In this document: piece after piece, positions 18,345 to 28,704 of the stretch
How the letters are laid out: the number at the start of each line of letters is the position of its first letter
How positions within the stretch are numbered: the first letter of the stretch is position 1
Source of the DNA: an uncultured bacterium
GTDB taxonomy: Bacteria; Auribacterota; JABMQX01; JAFGEW01
Assembly (NCBI GenBank): GCA_965369835.1
Contig: CBDUSE010000004.1
Location: forward strand, 1-40,176
Direction of reading: 5' to 3'
Length of the DNA stretch: 40,176 nt
Made by a program: the position numbers and the translations under genes
Notes under the pieces: model-generated
Told to the model about the DNA's origin: nothing
The model's database searches: none
The model's input: only the letters and a program-made list of their open reading frames with translations

Positions 18345-18414
18345 ACTACCTACCCCGACAGAGCCATCACGCATTCTTGCGCCTGCAACACCTTGGGAAA
18401 GAAGGACTTCTGCC

Positions 18415-19827
18415 GTGGCCGCAAGCCGAACTCGCCTGCTGGGCGTCATTGGGGCACACCCGGACCGGGGCCCGAATGTGGTAACTCTCAACCTCGGCAT
18501 TGCGCTTGCGCAGCTCGGCAAGCGGACAACGATTGCCGATTTCGGGACCTCCGACCTGCGCCGGATGCTCGGTCTTTTCCGCAAGGTGGAGGGCCTGAGG
18601 GAGTTCGCGAACTCCGAACGCCGCTCGATCGCCCCCTTTGTCTGCCCGGCGCCCGTGCCGAACCTGTACATCGTCGGCCCCGGTAACCGGACCAACGGCA
18701 CGACGCCGTTCGCCTACCCCTGGGAGAAGAAGGCCCGGTTGATTCGCGCGCTCGCGGCGATCGAGGGCGACTTCGTGCTGGCCGATCTCGGCACGGAGCT
18801 CACGGGCCACGCGGCCGACTTCTTCTCGATGACCAACGCAGGCATTGTCGTGCTGTCGGCCGACCCGAGCGAGGTGCTTCGCTCGTACGAATTTCTCAAG
18901 TCGGCGATCTACAAGATAATCCGCCGCCGTCTCGGGCCCGATTCGGAGACCGCGGCGCTGATTGCCCAGATCGAACACGCCGGCAACGGCGCCAGAACGC
19001 CGACCATCGCCCACATCACCGGGCTCGTCCGCCACCGCGATCCCGACGAGGCGCAGGTGATCGAGGAGATCTGTGAGCAGTTCGCCTCCCTGCTGATCAT
19101 CAACGCCGGGCAGTCGCTTCAGGACATGGAGCTCGGTGACAAGCTGCGAGTCATCTGCCGGCGCTACCTCTCGATCCGGGTCGAGTACCTCGGCTTTCTC
19201 TACGAGGAGGCGGCCGTTGACCGCGCCCACGGGACCACGGACCCGATCGTTATCCGCCAGCCGAACAGCCGGGCCGCGGTCGCCATGCACCGGATCGCGC
19301 ACAAGTGCATCCAGTCCCGGGCGCTGGCAAACATGCAACTGGACCCGGATCTCCTCCTGGCACGTCCCGAGAGGCTTGCGGCATCACGCGCCGAATCGGC
19401 GGAGGCGGGGGACGTAGGCGGAATGATCGAGACGTTGCTCGCGGGGACGGTGCGACGCGAGATCGGGGAGGTCGAGCGGCACCTTTCGCGCGCCCAGCGC
19501 AAGCTCGAAGGGCGGCCACGGATCAAAGCGCGAAAGCCGGAAACCAAAGACAAAGCACCTGAGCCCGCTAAAAACGTCGCGAAATCTCCGGAGGCCCGTA
19601 CCAGGCGCATCCTGAAGACCGCGTTCGATCCCGCCGACCTGCGCGCCCTCGAGGCGCTGATTGATTCGCTCGACGAGGACTATTTCCCCGACGAGAAGTG
19701 GAAATGGAAGGTGCGTGCCCTCAGCACGCCGGACCGCGTGGTACACCATCTCATCTCGAGGGGCATCCGGCGCGACTTCTTCTATCGCGAGGCGCCCAAG
19801 GGCGCGCCTCAGAAGAACCCTGCTTAG
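18415..19827 (+). CDS. MinD/FlhG(YlxH)-like protein with degenerate P-loop and C-terminal extension
   Basis: VTLNLGIALAQLGKRTTIAD, VPNLYIV, DFVLADLG, SYEFLKSA, LIIN, YLGFL; start placed at GTG 18415 after AAGGA. Confidence 0.8.
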   Translation: MAASRTRLLGVIGAHPDRGPNVVTLNLGIALAQLGKRTTIADFGTSDLRRMLGLFRKVEGLREFANSERRSIAPFVCPAPVPNLYIVGPGNRTNGTTPFAYPWEKKARLIRALAAIEGDFVLADLGTELTGHAADFFSMTNAGIVVLSADPSEVLRSYEFLKSAIYKIIRRRLGPDSETAALIAQIEHAGNGARTPTIAHITGLVRHRDPDEAQVIEEICEQFASLLIINAGQSLQDMELGDKLRVICRRYLSIRVEYLGFLYEEAAVDRAHGTTDPIVIRQPNSRAAVAMHRIAHKCIQSRALANMQLDPDLLLARPERLAASRAESAEAGDVGGMIETLLAGTVRREIGEVERHLSRAQRKLEGRPRIKARKPETKDKAPEPAKNVAKSPEARTRRILKTAFDPADLRALEALIDSLDEDYFPDEKWKWKVRALSTPDRVVHHLISRGIRRDFFYREAPKGAPQKNPA

Positions 19828-19994
19828 GCGCGCGATTCCTGGGCCATGACGGCCTATCGGTAAGAACCTCCCGACGTCTTGGTGCGTTGCACTTTGCGTG
19901 CCGCCGAGAATGTGGTTGACACGACTGCGCCCCTTTGTCATAAGAATCGCCGGTGGGGATCCCGAACCTGGGTTCACCAAGAGGAGTGATCGGT

Positions 19995-21203
19995 ATGGCC
20001 ACGAAGAAAAGGTTTACGAAGGCCGAGACATCTGCCGGCAAGGCAGCGAAGAAGCCCAAGACCCGTGCCGCGGCAAAGAAAGCGGCGGCGCCGAAAAGGA
20101 CCGCATCGAAAACGGTTGCCGGGAAGTCTGCGGCAAAGAAGGTGGCGGCCAAGAAAGCCGCTGCGGCGGTGAGAAAAGCGGCAACGAAAAAGACCGTCGT
20201 CGAAAAGGCGGCGCCCCACGCGCCGCGTCGCAAGGTCCCGAAGGTCGAAACGACAACGCCGACTCGCACCGACCTGCGCCGGCGCATCCTGTCGGAGGCC
20301 GTGACCCGCTCGTTGCGCACGGTAAAGGAGCGGGTCGAGGCCGCCAAGCTGCACGGCCCCGAGATGCCAGAAGCGCCGGTGCCGCAGGTCGAGGACCTGC
20401 CTGAGTGCTACGGGGAGAGCTTCATCGTACTGCTGGCGCGCGACCCGTGGTGGCTGCACAGCTTCTGGGAGGTGTCGCCCGAGCAGCTCGGCGAGGCGGC
20501 AGGCCACTTCGGCGACCGCTGGGAGCAAACGCGCTCAGTGCTGCGCATCTACGACGTGACGGCGCTCGACTTCGACGGCGCCAACGCGCATTCGTCGTTC
20601 GATATTGAGCTGACCGGGAATGCGTCGAGCTGGTACATCCACGTCGGCAACCCGAACAAGGCCTGGGTCGTTGACATCGGCCGGGTGAGCCCGGACAACG
20701 ACTTCTTTGTGCTGGCCCGCTCGAACGTGGCGGCGACGCCCCGGGACGGGATGTCGAACGTGCTCGATGAAGAGTGGATGGAGATTGACGAGTTTTACGA
20801 GAAGATGTACGCGCTGTCGGGCGGTCTTGATGTGGGTCAGAGCTCGGCCGAGCTCGTGGCCGAGATGCACCGCAGGCTCCGGGCCGAAGGGGCCTCGGGC
20901 GCGGTGTCGAGCTTCGGCGCCAGCCCGATCGGGAAGGCCGAGAAGGTGGTCGGCTTCTGGTTCACGCTCGACTGCGAGCTGATCGTGTACGGCGCCACCG
21001 AACCGGATGCGACGGTCACCATGCAGGGCCAGCCGGTCAAGCTGCGGCCGGACGGGACGTTCACCGTGCGAATGGCGCTGCCGGATGGCGTGCAGGACCT
21101 CGAGACCGTGGCGACGTCGGCCGACGGCTCGGAGGAGCGCACGATCACGCCCATCGTGTCACGCAAGACAACGTCGCGCGAGCGGACCCTTGAGCCCGCG
21201 TAA
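19995..21203 (+). CDS. DUF4912 domain protein with Lys/Ala-rich N-terminus
   Basis: LPECYGE..LLARDPWWLHSFWEV, LRIYDVT, ARSN, ELIVYGATEPDATVT, LRPDGTF; GAGGAG RBS. Confidence 0.9.
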   Translation: MATKKRFTKAETSAGKAAKKPKTRAAAKKAAAPKRTASKTVAGKSAAKKVAAKKAAAAVRKAATKKTVVEKAAPHAPRRKVPKVETTTPTRTDLRRRILSEAVTRSLRTVKERVEAAKLHGPEMPEAPVPQVEDLPECYGESFIVLLARDPWWLHSFWEVSPEQLGEAAGHFGDRWEQTRSVLRIYDVTALDFDGANAHSSFDIELTGNASSWYIHVGNPNKAWVVDIGRVSPDNDFFVLARSNVAATPRDGMSNVLDEEWMEIDEFYEKMYALSGGLDVGQSSAELVAEMHRRLRAEGASGAVSSFGASPIGKAEKVVGFWFTLDCELIVYGATEPDATVTMQGQPVKLRPDGTFTVRMALPDGVQDLETVATSADGSEERTITPIVSRKTTSRERTLEPA

Positions 21204-21260
21204 GAAGCCCCTTGCGTCGCTAAACCCTCATCGGAAAACGCCTGAGTGTGTCTTGAGCGT

Positions 21261-22847
21261 ATGGGTAAGCACGGCTACTTGAGCATCGTCCTGCACGCGC
21301 ACCTGCCATACGTGCGCCATCCCGAGCACGACGAGTTTCTCGAGGAGGACTGGTTCTTCGAGGCGGTCATCGAGACGTACGTGCCGCTTATCGAGATGTT
21401 CGAGCGGCTGACGAACGACGGTGTGGACTTCCGGCTCACGATGTCGCTCTCGCCAACGCTGCTCTCGATGCTCGTTGATCCGCTGCTACAGTATCGCCTG
21501 CTGCGCCACCTCGACAAGCTGATCGAGCTCGCGGGCAAGGAGGTGGAGCGAACGCGCTGGCAGCCCGCGTTCCACGAGCTGGCGCTCATGTACCACTACA
21601 GGCTCACCCGGGCGCGCCACGTCTTCGCCGAGCAGTACCACCACAACCTGGTGGAGGCGTTCCGCAAGTTCCAGGACGCGGGCAAGCTGGAGATCGTCAC
21701 CTGCGCGGCGACCCACGGCTACCTGCCGCTTTTGGTCGCGAACACGAACGCGGTGCGGGCGCAGATCGCGACCGCCATCCAGCACCACGAGAAGTACCTC
21801 GGCCGGCGACCGAACGGGATTTGGCTGCCCGAGTGCGGCTACGAGAGCGGCATTGACGAGGTGCTCAAGGAGCTCGGGATCAAGTTCTTCTTCACCGACG
21901 CGCACGGCGTGCTGCACGCCTCGCCGAGGCCGAAGTACGGCGTCTTCGCGCCGATCTTCACGCCGAGCGGGGTCGCCGCGTTCGCCCGCGACCTTGAGAG
22001 CTCGAAGCAGGTCTGGAGCGCACGGGAAGGCTACCCGGGCGACTACGACTACCGCGACTTCTACCGCGACGTCGGCTTCGACCTCGAGCTGGACTATGTC
22101 CGGCCGTACATTCATCACCTCGGCATCCGCAAGATGACGGGAATCAAGTACTACCGGATCACGGGCGAGACCGACGACAAGGAACCGTACGTCCCCGCCG
22201 TCGCGCGCGAGAAGGCCGCCGCGCATGCCGGCAACTTCATGTTCAACCGCGAGAAGCAGTGCGAGCACCTGCACGGCTTCATGGGCCGCAAGCCGATCAT
22301 CGTGGCCCCGTACGACGCGGAGCTCTTCGGCCACTGGTGGTACGAGGGGCCCGACTGGCTCGAGTTCCTCTTCCGCAAGATCTGCTTCGACCAGGACAAT
22401 GTCTCGCTCGTCACGCCGATGGAGTACCTTAAGCTTCAGCCGCGCAACCAGGTTTCGGTCCCCTCGATGTCGAGCTGGGGCTATAAAGGCTACAGCGAGG
22501 TGTGGCTCGAGGGATCAAACGACTGGATCTACCGCCACCTTCACATGGCGGCCAACCGAATGGTCGAGATCGCGCAGGCGAACCGCAACAACCAAGACGA
22601 GCTCAAGCGGCGGGCGCTGAACCAGGCGGCGCGGGAGCTGATGCTCGCGCAGTCGAGCGATTGGGCGTTTATCATGAAGAGCGGCACGGTGATCGAGTAC
22701 GCCGTCAAGCGCACGAAGGAGCACCTGCTGCGGTTCCTGAGACTGTACCGGCAAATCAAGTCCAACCGGATAGACGAGTCGTTCCTCGCCAATATCGAGA
22801 GCAAGGACAACCTCTTCCCCGACATTGACTACCGCTGCTACGCGTAG
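21261..22847 (+). CDS. GH57 1,4-alpha-glucan branching enzyme (DUF1957 domain)
   Basis: LHAHLPYVRHP, ATHGYLP, WLPECGY, YDAELFGHWWYEG, LAQSSDWAF. Confidence 0.95.
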   Translation: MGKHGYLSIVLHAHLPYVRHPEHDEFLEEDWFFEAVIETYVPLIEMFERLTNDGVDFRLTMSLSPTLLSMLVDPLLQYRLLRHLDKLIELAGKEVERTRWQPAFHELALMYHYRLTRARHVFAEQYHHNLVEAFRKFQDAGKLEIVTCAATHGYLPLLVANTNAVRAQIATAIQHHEKYLGRRPNGIWLPECGYESGIDEVLKELGIKFFFTDAHGVLHASPRPKYGVFAPIFTPSGVAAFARDLESSKQVWSAREGYPGDYDYRDFYRDVGFDLELDYVRPYIHHLGIRKMTGIKYYRITGETDDKEPYVPAVAREKAAAHAGNFMFNREKQCEHLHGFMGRKPIIVAPYDAELFGHWWYEGPDWLEFLFRKICFDQDNVSLVTPMEYLKLQPRNQVSVPSMSSWGYKGYSEVWLEGSNDWIYRHLHMAANRMVEIAQANRNNQDELKRRALNQAARELMLAQSSDWAFIMKSGTVIEYAVKRTKEHLLRFLRLYRQIKSNRIDESFLANIESKDNLFPDIDYRCYA

Positions 22848-22864
22848 TCATGGCTGTGACTCCT

Positions 22865-23053
22865 CAGTCGCCCCTCTGGGGCTCTGGCTTTCTTGGGTGC
22901 CCGGTACCACGGGCTTGTCCTCCTTCGCCAAGGCTCCGGAGGAGTAGCGCCCGAGGCTACTCCCAAACGCCCCTGCGGGGCTCCATAATCCACTTCGCCA
23001 CGAGTACCATGGGCTGCGCTCGCGGCTACCCACGTACTCCCCGTTTGGGGGCT
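22865..23053. repeat. Tandem family-A REP-like array (A-B-A-B-A hairpins)
   Basis: First unit closely matches 60-148 apart from a 30-nt insert. Confidence 0.8.
22917..22946. mobile_element. 30-nt hairpin mini-element inserted in a REP loop
   Basis: GTCCTCCTTCGCCAAGGCTCCGGAGGAGTA interrupts GGGCTT|GCGCCC, intact in the 1831-1920 copy. Confidence 0.6.
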
Positions 23054-23119
23054 GCGTGATCGGCCGACTCTCCAATAGCCCGTTGGGCCAGATCCCAAGC
23101 GTCCTCTCTTTTTCTGAGC

Positions 23120-23147
23120 TCAAGCGGAGACGCGTTTCGTCCGATAC
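23120..23147 (+). promoter_or_regulatory. Possible sigma28 (FliA/SigD)-type promoter
   Basis: TCAA-N16-TCCGATAC versus TAAA-N15/16-GCCGATAA, about 50 nt before the rod-like gene. Confidence 0.4.
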
Positions 23148-23197
23148 CGTTCATAGAAAAGGTGCGTCTTGTCCGCCCACGGTTCCGGGGGATTCGA

Positions 23198-23488
23198 ATG
23201 AGCTACGAGACGAGTATGAGCGGCATCCGCGCGGCGCTGACGCGGCTGCACGTTTCCGCGAACGATGTTGCGAACGCCAACACCGAGGGGCATACCAACC
23301 ACCGGGTCGTCAACCGCGAGCGCGCGGGAGGCGGCGTGGACGCAACGATCGAGCGGACGGATGAGCCGGTTTCGCTCGAGGAAGAGATCTGCGAACAGAT
23401 CATCGCGGAGCACGAGCTGAAAGCGAACGCCGTCGCGCTGCGCGCAATGGCCGAGGCGGAAGAGACGATCATTGACCTGCTTGCCTAG
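23198..23488 (+). CDS. Small flagellar basal-body rod/hook-like protein (N- and C-terminal motifs only)
   Basis: SGIRAALTRLHVSANDVANANTEG (ANNIAN-like) and VSLEEE...KANAVALR...TIIDLLA. Confidence 0.8.
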   Translation: MSYETSMSGIRAALTRLHVSANDVANANTEGHTNHRVVNRERAGGGVDATIERTDEPVSLEEEICEQIIAEHELKANAVALRAMAEAEETIIDLLA

Positions 23489-23631
23489 CCAACGCACACG
23501 TTCAAGAAACGCTCCTGCCTGCACAACCTCCTGATCCCTGCATATTGTCCGTTGTTTTCGCGCCGTGAACAAGGCGCGCTTCTCACCATCAAAGGAACGG
23601 TGAATGCCGCACGTCAGTTCAGGAGGGAGCT

Positions 23632-24378
23632 ATGAGGAGTCTTGCGATCATTCTGCTGCTCACGCTTACCGCGTCGGCTTCGGCCACGGTGAGCAACGAC
23701 CCGGCCAAGGGCGATATCGAGACGTACGATCGTCTTTTCCCTCCACCGGTGATCGTCGAGGACATCTACCCGAGAGATATTGACACGAAGACCTTCATCC
23801 TCGTCGAGGGCGCGTTATTGGTGCCGGACAGGATACGCCTCATCGAGGCGCAAGAGGTGTATGAGATCGAGGTGGTGGACGATCAGGAGCTCGACCGCTT
23901 CGAGTCGGTCGTGAAGTTTCGCCTTCCTGAAACGCTTGATCTCGACAAGCTCAAGAAGCCCGGCACGCAGCTCATACGGTATGAACAGCGGATGTGGCGT
24001 GAGGGCTTGCGCCTCGCCTTCCGCGAGTATCGGGCTCCCGGCGACGCCAGGGTGCGCTACACGGCGTTTCGCGTGACCTTCGAGCCGTGCGGGAACCTCT
24101 ATCGCGCCGCGCTCACGCTCTACCAGGCCGTGCCCACGCTCGGCGAGCGTTTTGATGTGGCCACCAAGCGCCTTGGGGAGATTCTCAACGCGCTCGCGGC
24201 CGTGCGGCAGGAGGTCAGCCAGGCCGGCAAGAACGTGCGCGCTGCCTTCGACAGCCTGAAAAAGGCCGTCGCCTCGCTGGACAGCGAAGTGAACGCGCTC
24301 GACAATAAGATCAAGGATCTCGACACCGAGATCGGGTCGCTCAAGAGTCGCATCCACTCGCTCGAACAGACCGAGTAA
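23632..24378 (+). CDS. Secreted hypothetical protein with C-terminal coiled coil
   Basis: Signal peptide MRSLAIILLLTLTASASA; heptad tail; GGAGGGAG RBS. Confidence 0.8.
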   Translation: MRSLAIILLLTLTASASATVSNDPAKGDIETYDRLFPPPVIVEDIYPRDIDTKTFILVEGALLVPDRIRLIEAQEVYEIEVVDDQELDRFESVVKFRLPETLDLDKLKKPGTQLIRYEQRMWREGLRLAFREYRAPGDARVRYTAFRVTFEPCGNLYRAALTLYQAVPTLGERFDVATKRLGEILNALAAVRQEVSQAGKNVRAAFDSLKKAVASLDSEVNALDNKIKDLDTEIGSLKSRIHSLEQTE

Positions 24379-24409
24379 GCAAAGGCGGTGAGAATCCCTG
24401 CGGACGGTT

Positions 24410-25066
24410 TCAGAGCTGTGCGAGCGCTCGAGGCTTGAGAGCGATGATGCGGGCCATGACCTCGTCGGCGATCGCCTGGTACGTCTCGCGCGTCGGCCGC
24501 GTGCGAGCGTACTGATCGAAGCGGACGGGCGCTCCGAAGACAACGACGGTTTTCGCCGGGATCGGCAGAAGCCGATGGCGCGGCCAGGCGCGATAGGAGC
24601 CGTGGATATACGCGGGGATCACCGGCACGGCCGCCCGGTATACAAGAAACCCGATCCCGGGCTTCGGCGCTTGGAACTCGCCGTCGGAAGTCCGGATGCC
24701 CTCGGGGAAAAGGAGCACCTTCTTCCCTTGCCTTAGTACCCTCAGCACGCGCTTCATACTTCCATAGTCGGCGGTGTCGCGCTCGACGGGAATGGCGCCG
24801 AGGCCGTCGCACAGCTTGCGAAACAGAAAGTTGCCGAACAGGCTCTTGCGCGCCAGGTAAGCAATCTGCTCGGGGCAGGCGCTGCCGATCAGCGGCGGGT
24901 CGAGAAAGCTCGCATGGTTCGCCGTGATCAACGCCGGCCCCGGAATCCAATGTTCGCGGCCGACGATGCTGCGCCAGAAGAAGAGGCGCGAGAAGAGACA
25001 CGTCACGATCTTGCCGAAGCCGTACAGCGTGGTGTAGCGCCATCTCATTGCTCGATTTGGCTTCAT
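24410..25066 (-). CDS. plsC: 1-acyl-sn-glycerol-3-phosphate acyltransferase
   Basis: NHASFLD and FPEGIR motifs; follows cmk. Confidence 0.9.
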   Translation of the reverse strand: MKPNRAMRWRYTTLYGFGKIVTCLFSRLFFWRSIVGREHWIPGPALITANHASFLDPPLIGSACPEQIAYLARKSLFGNFLFRKLCDGLGAIPVERDTADYGSMKRVLRVLRQGKKVLLFPEGIRTSDGEFQAPKPGIGFLVYRAAVPVIPAYIHGSYRAWPRHRLLPIPAKTVVVFGAPVRFDQYARTRPTRETYQAIADEVMARIIALKPRALAQL

Positions 25067-25098
25067 CGTTCAACGAGGCCTCATCCTTCGATGAGGCC

Positions 25099-25764
25099 TT
25101 ATCCTCGGATGAGGTTCAGGAGATGGTTGACGACCTCATCGGGCCTCATGCTCGTCGTGTCCACAACGACGGCGTCCTCCGCCCGCGTGAGCGGCGAGAG
25201 CTCGCGCGTTGAGTCGCGGTGATCGCGCTCGGCCAGCTCACGCTTGACCTCATCGAGCGTCGCGGCCTCACTGTGCGAGCGAAACTCCTCGAGCCGTCGC
25301 CGGGCACGCTCGTCGAGGCTCGCGTCGAGGTAGAACTTGTACCGCGCGTCGGGATACACGACGGTGGTCACGTCGCGCCCCTCGGCAACGACGTCGTAGT
25401 CGCGCGCGAGCCGCCGCTGCTCACGCACCATCAAGGTGCGCACCTCCGGCATGAGCGAGACCGGTGAGACGAGACGGCTCACCTCGGGCGTGCCGATTTC
25501 GCGCGTAACGTCCTCGCTGTCGAGAAGCACCCGGACGCCGCCGCTCTCGTCGGGACGGAGCTCGACGGTTGACTCGTTGAGGAGGCGGACGATCTCGTCG
25601 CGTTTCTCGATGGGGAGTCCTGCCCGCAGCACCTTGACCGTGAACGCGCGGTACATCGCACCGGTGTTGACGTGCAGCCGCCCCAGCCGCCGCGCGAGCT
25701 CGACGGCGATCGTGCTCTTGCCTGAGCCGGCGGGGCCGTCTATGGCGATTACGCTACCGGCCAT
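25099..25764 (-). CDS. cmk: Cytidylate kinase
   Basis: IAIDGPAGSGKST, TGAMYR, EGRD, RDHRDSTRELSPL. Confidence 0.96.
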   Translation of the reverse strand: MAGSVIAIDGPAGSGKSTIAVELARRLGRLHVNTGAMYRAFTVKVLRAGLPIEKRDEIVRLLNESTVELRPDESGGVRVLLDSEDVTREIGTPEVSRLVSPVSLMPEVRTLMVREQRRLARDYDVVAEGRDVTTVVYPDARYKFYLDASLDERARRRLEEFRSHSEAATLDEVKRELAERDHRDSTRELSPLTRAEDAVVVDTTSMRPDEVVNHLLNLIRG

Positions 25765-26621
25765 CAGTCCCACATCACCCCGAAAGCCATGAGGAAGTAC
25801 ATCAGCGGCGTGGCGAAGAGCATGCTGTCAATCACGTCGAGGATGCCGCCCAGGCCCGGCAGGCGGGCGCCGGAGTCCTTAACACCCGCGTCGCGCTTGA
25901 GGACCGACTCCGCGATGTCGCCGAACTGCCCGACGACGCTCAGCACGGCGCCAACAAGGATGCCTCGCCACACCGGCAACGTCCGAGGCAGCGGCAGCCA
26001 GAGCGCACACGCGACTCCGATGAGCATGCCCACGACGAGCCCGGCCGCGGCGCCCTCGACCGTTTTCTTCGGGCTGATCTTCGGCGCGAGCGGCGTCCGC
26101 CCGACGAGCGAGCCGACGAGGTACGCCGCAACGTCCGAGCCTTTGGTCACCAAAATCGCCATCACGAAGTAGAGGTACCAGCGGTGGCCCGACTCCTCGA
26201 AGTAAGTGATCTGCGCGACGAAGCCGAAGAACCACGCAACGTAGATCATGCCCGCGATAGTGCCCGAGAAGTTGTACACCGCTGACGAGTCGTCGCGCCG
26301 CGCGAGCTGCATGATGAAAAAGAAGACGATCAGGACGTAGAAGCTGAAGGTGAAGTAGTGGGGCGACAACAGCGAGATCGGGCTTTGCGCGGTGAGAAAC
26401 GAGAAGGTGTTGTACACGACGCCGGCGCTGATGCCGTAGAGCATCAGCGAGGTGCTGCCCTTTTTCTCGACGATGTCGTAGAACTCGAACAGTCCGAGGC
26501 CAAGCGCCACGTTCATCACGACGAGCAGGACGATCGAGCCCGCGGGCGTGTAGGCGAGCGCGGGCGCAACGATGAACACGGTCGCGAGCAGGAGGGTGCT
26601 GACCGTTCGCTGCGCGATCAC
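25764..26621 (-). CDS. cdsA: Phosphatidate cytidylyltransferase
   Basis: SDVAAY, ISPKKTVEG, GDIAESVLKRDAGVKDSG, GGILDVIDS; GTGA overlap with uppS. Confidence 0.95.
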   Translation of the reverse strand: MIAQRTVSTLLLATVFIVAPALAYTPAGSIVLLVVMNVALGLGLFEFYDIVEKKGSTSLMLYGISAGVVYNTFSFLTAQSPISLLSPHYFTFSFYVLIVFFFIMQLARRDDSSAVYNFSGTIAGMIYVAWFFGFVAQITYFEESGHRWYLYFVMAILVTKGSDVAAYLVGSLVGRTPLAPKISPKKTVEGAAAGLVVGMLIGVACALWLPLPRTLPVWRGILVGAVLSVVGQFGDIAESVLKRDAGVKDSGARLPGLGGILDVIDSMLFATPLMYFLMAFGVMWD

Positions 26622-27361
26622 GCTTGCGTCACCTCGCCGAACCGCCGTTCGCGCCGGCCGTATTCCTTGATTGCCTCGACGAGATGCCTGCGTCGGAAGT
26701 CGGGCCAGAGCACGGGCGTAATCCACAGCTCCGTGTACCAGGTCTGCCACAGGAGGAAGTTGCTGATGCGCCACTCGCCGCTCGTGCGGATGAGCAGGTC
26801 CGGATCGGGTATTCCGCGCGTGTAGAGGAACTCGCCGAAGTTTTTCTGGTTGATCTGCCGGAGCGAAAGCTTGCCTTGGACGACCTTCGCCGCGCAGCGT
26901 TTGGCCGCGTCAACAATCTCGCTGCGGCCGCCGTAATTGACCGCTAGCACGACGGTGAGGCCGTCGTTGTGGGCCGTCTTTCGCTCGAGCTCGCGCATGT
27001 CGCGAATCACTTCGGGCGGCAGCGGCTTGCTTCGGCCGATGGCGCGAAACCGAATGCGATTCTCGAGGATCTTTGGCGTCTCCTCCCTGATGAAACGCCG
27101 CAGCAGCCGCATCAGCATATCCACTTCGCGCTTCGGTCTCGACCAGTTCTCGACGGAGAATGCGTAGAGCGTCAGGTACTCGATCCGCAGTTCGACGCAC
27201 GCCTCGATCGTCTCGCGCACCGCCTTGACCGCCCGGCGGTGCCCCTCGATGCGAGGCAGGTGCCGGCGCCTGGCCCAGCGCCCGTTGCCGTCCATGACGA
27301 TGGCGATGTGGCGCGGCATGGCGTCGGGATCGAGTCCGTACTTCCCCAAAAAATCCTTCAT
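26618..27361 (-). CDS. uppS: Undecaprenyl diphosphate synthase
   Basis: HIAIVMDGNGRWA, YAFSVENWSRP, RTSGEWRISNFLLWQ. Confidence 0.97.
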   Translation of the reverse strand: MKDFLGKYGLDPDAMPRHIAIVMDGNGRWARRRHLPRIEGHRRAVKAVRETIEACVELRIEYLTLYAFSVENWSRPKREVDMLMRLLRRFIREETPKILENRIRFRAIGRSKPLPPEVIRDMRELERKTAHNDGLTVVLAVNYGGRSEIVDAAKRCAAKVVQGKLSLRQINQKNFGEFLYTRGIPDPDLLIRTSGEWRISNFLLWQTWYTELWITPVLWPDFRRRHLVEAIKEYGRRERRFGEVTQA

Positions 27362-27378
27362 CCAGCCGGGACCTTCGC

Positions 27379-28704
<1,326 letters not shown>

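Noticed and set aside
25076-25099. Perfect 10-bp hairpin AGGCCTCATC-CTTC-GATGAGGCCT between cmk and plsC
   Set aside because: No U-tract and single copy; at most an mRNA stability element
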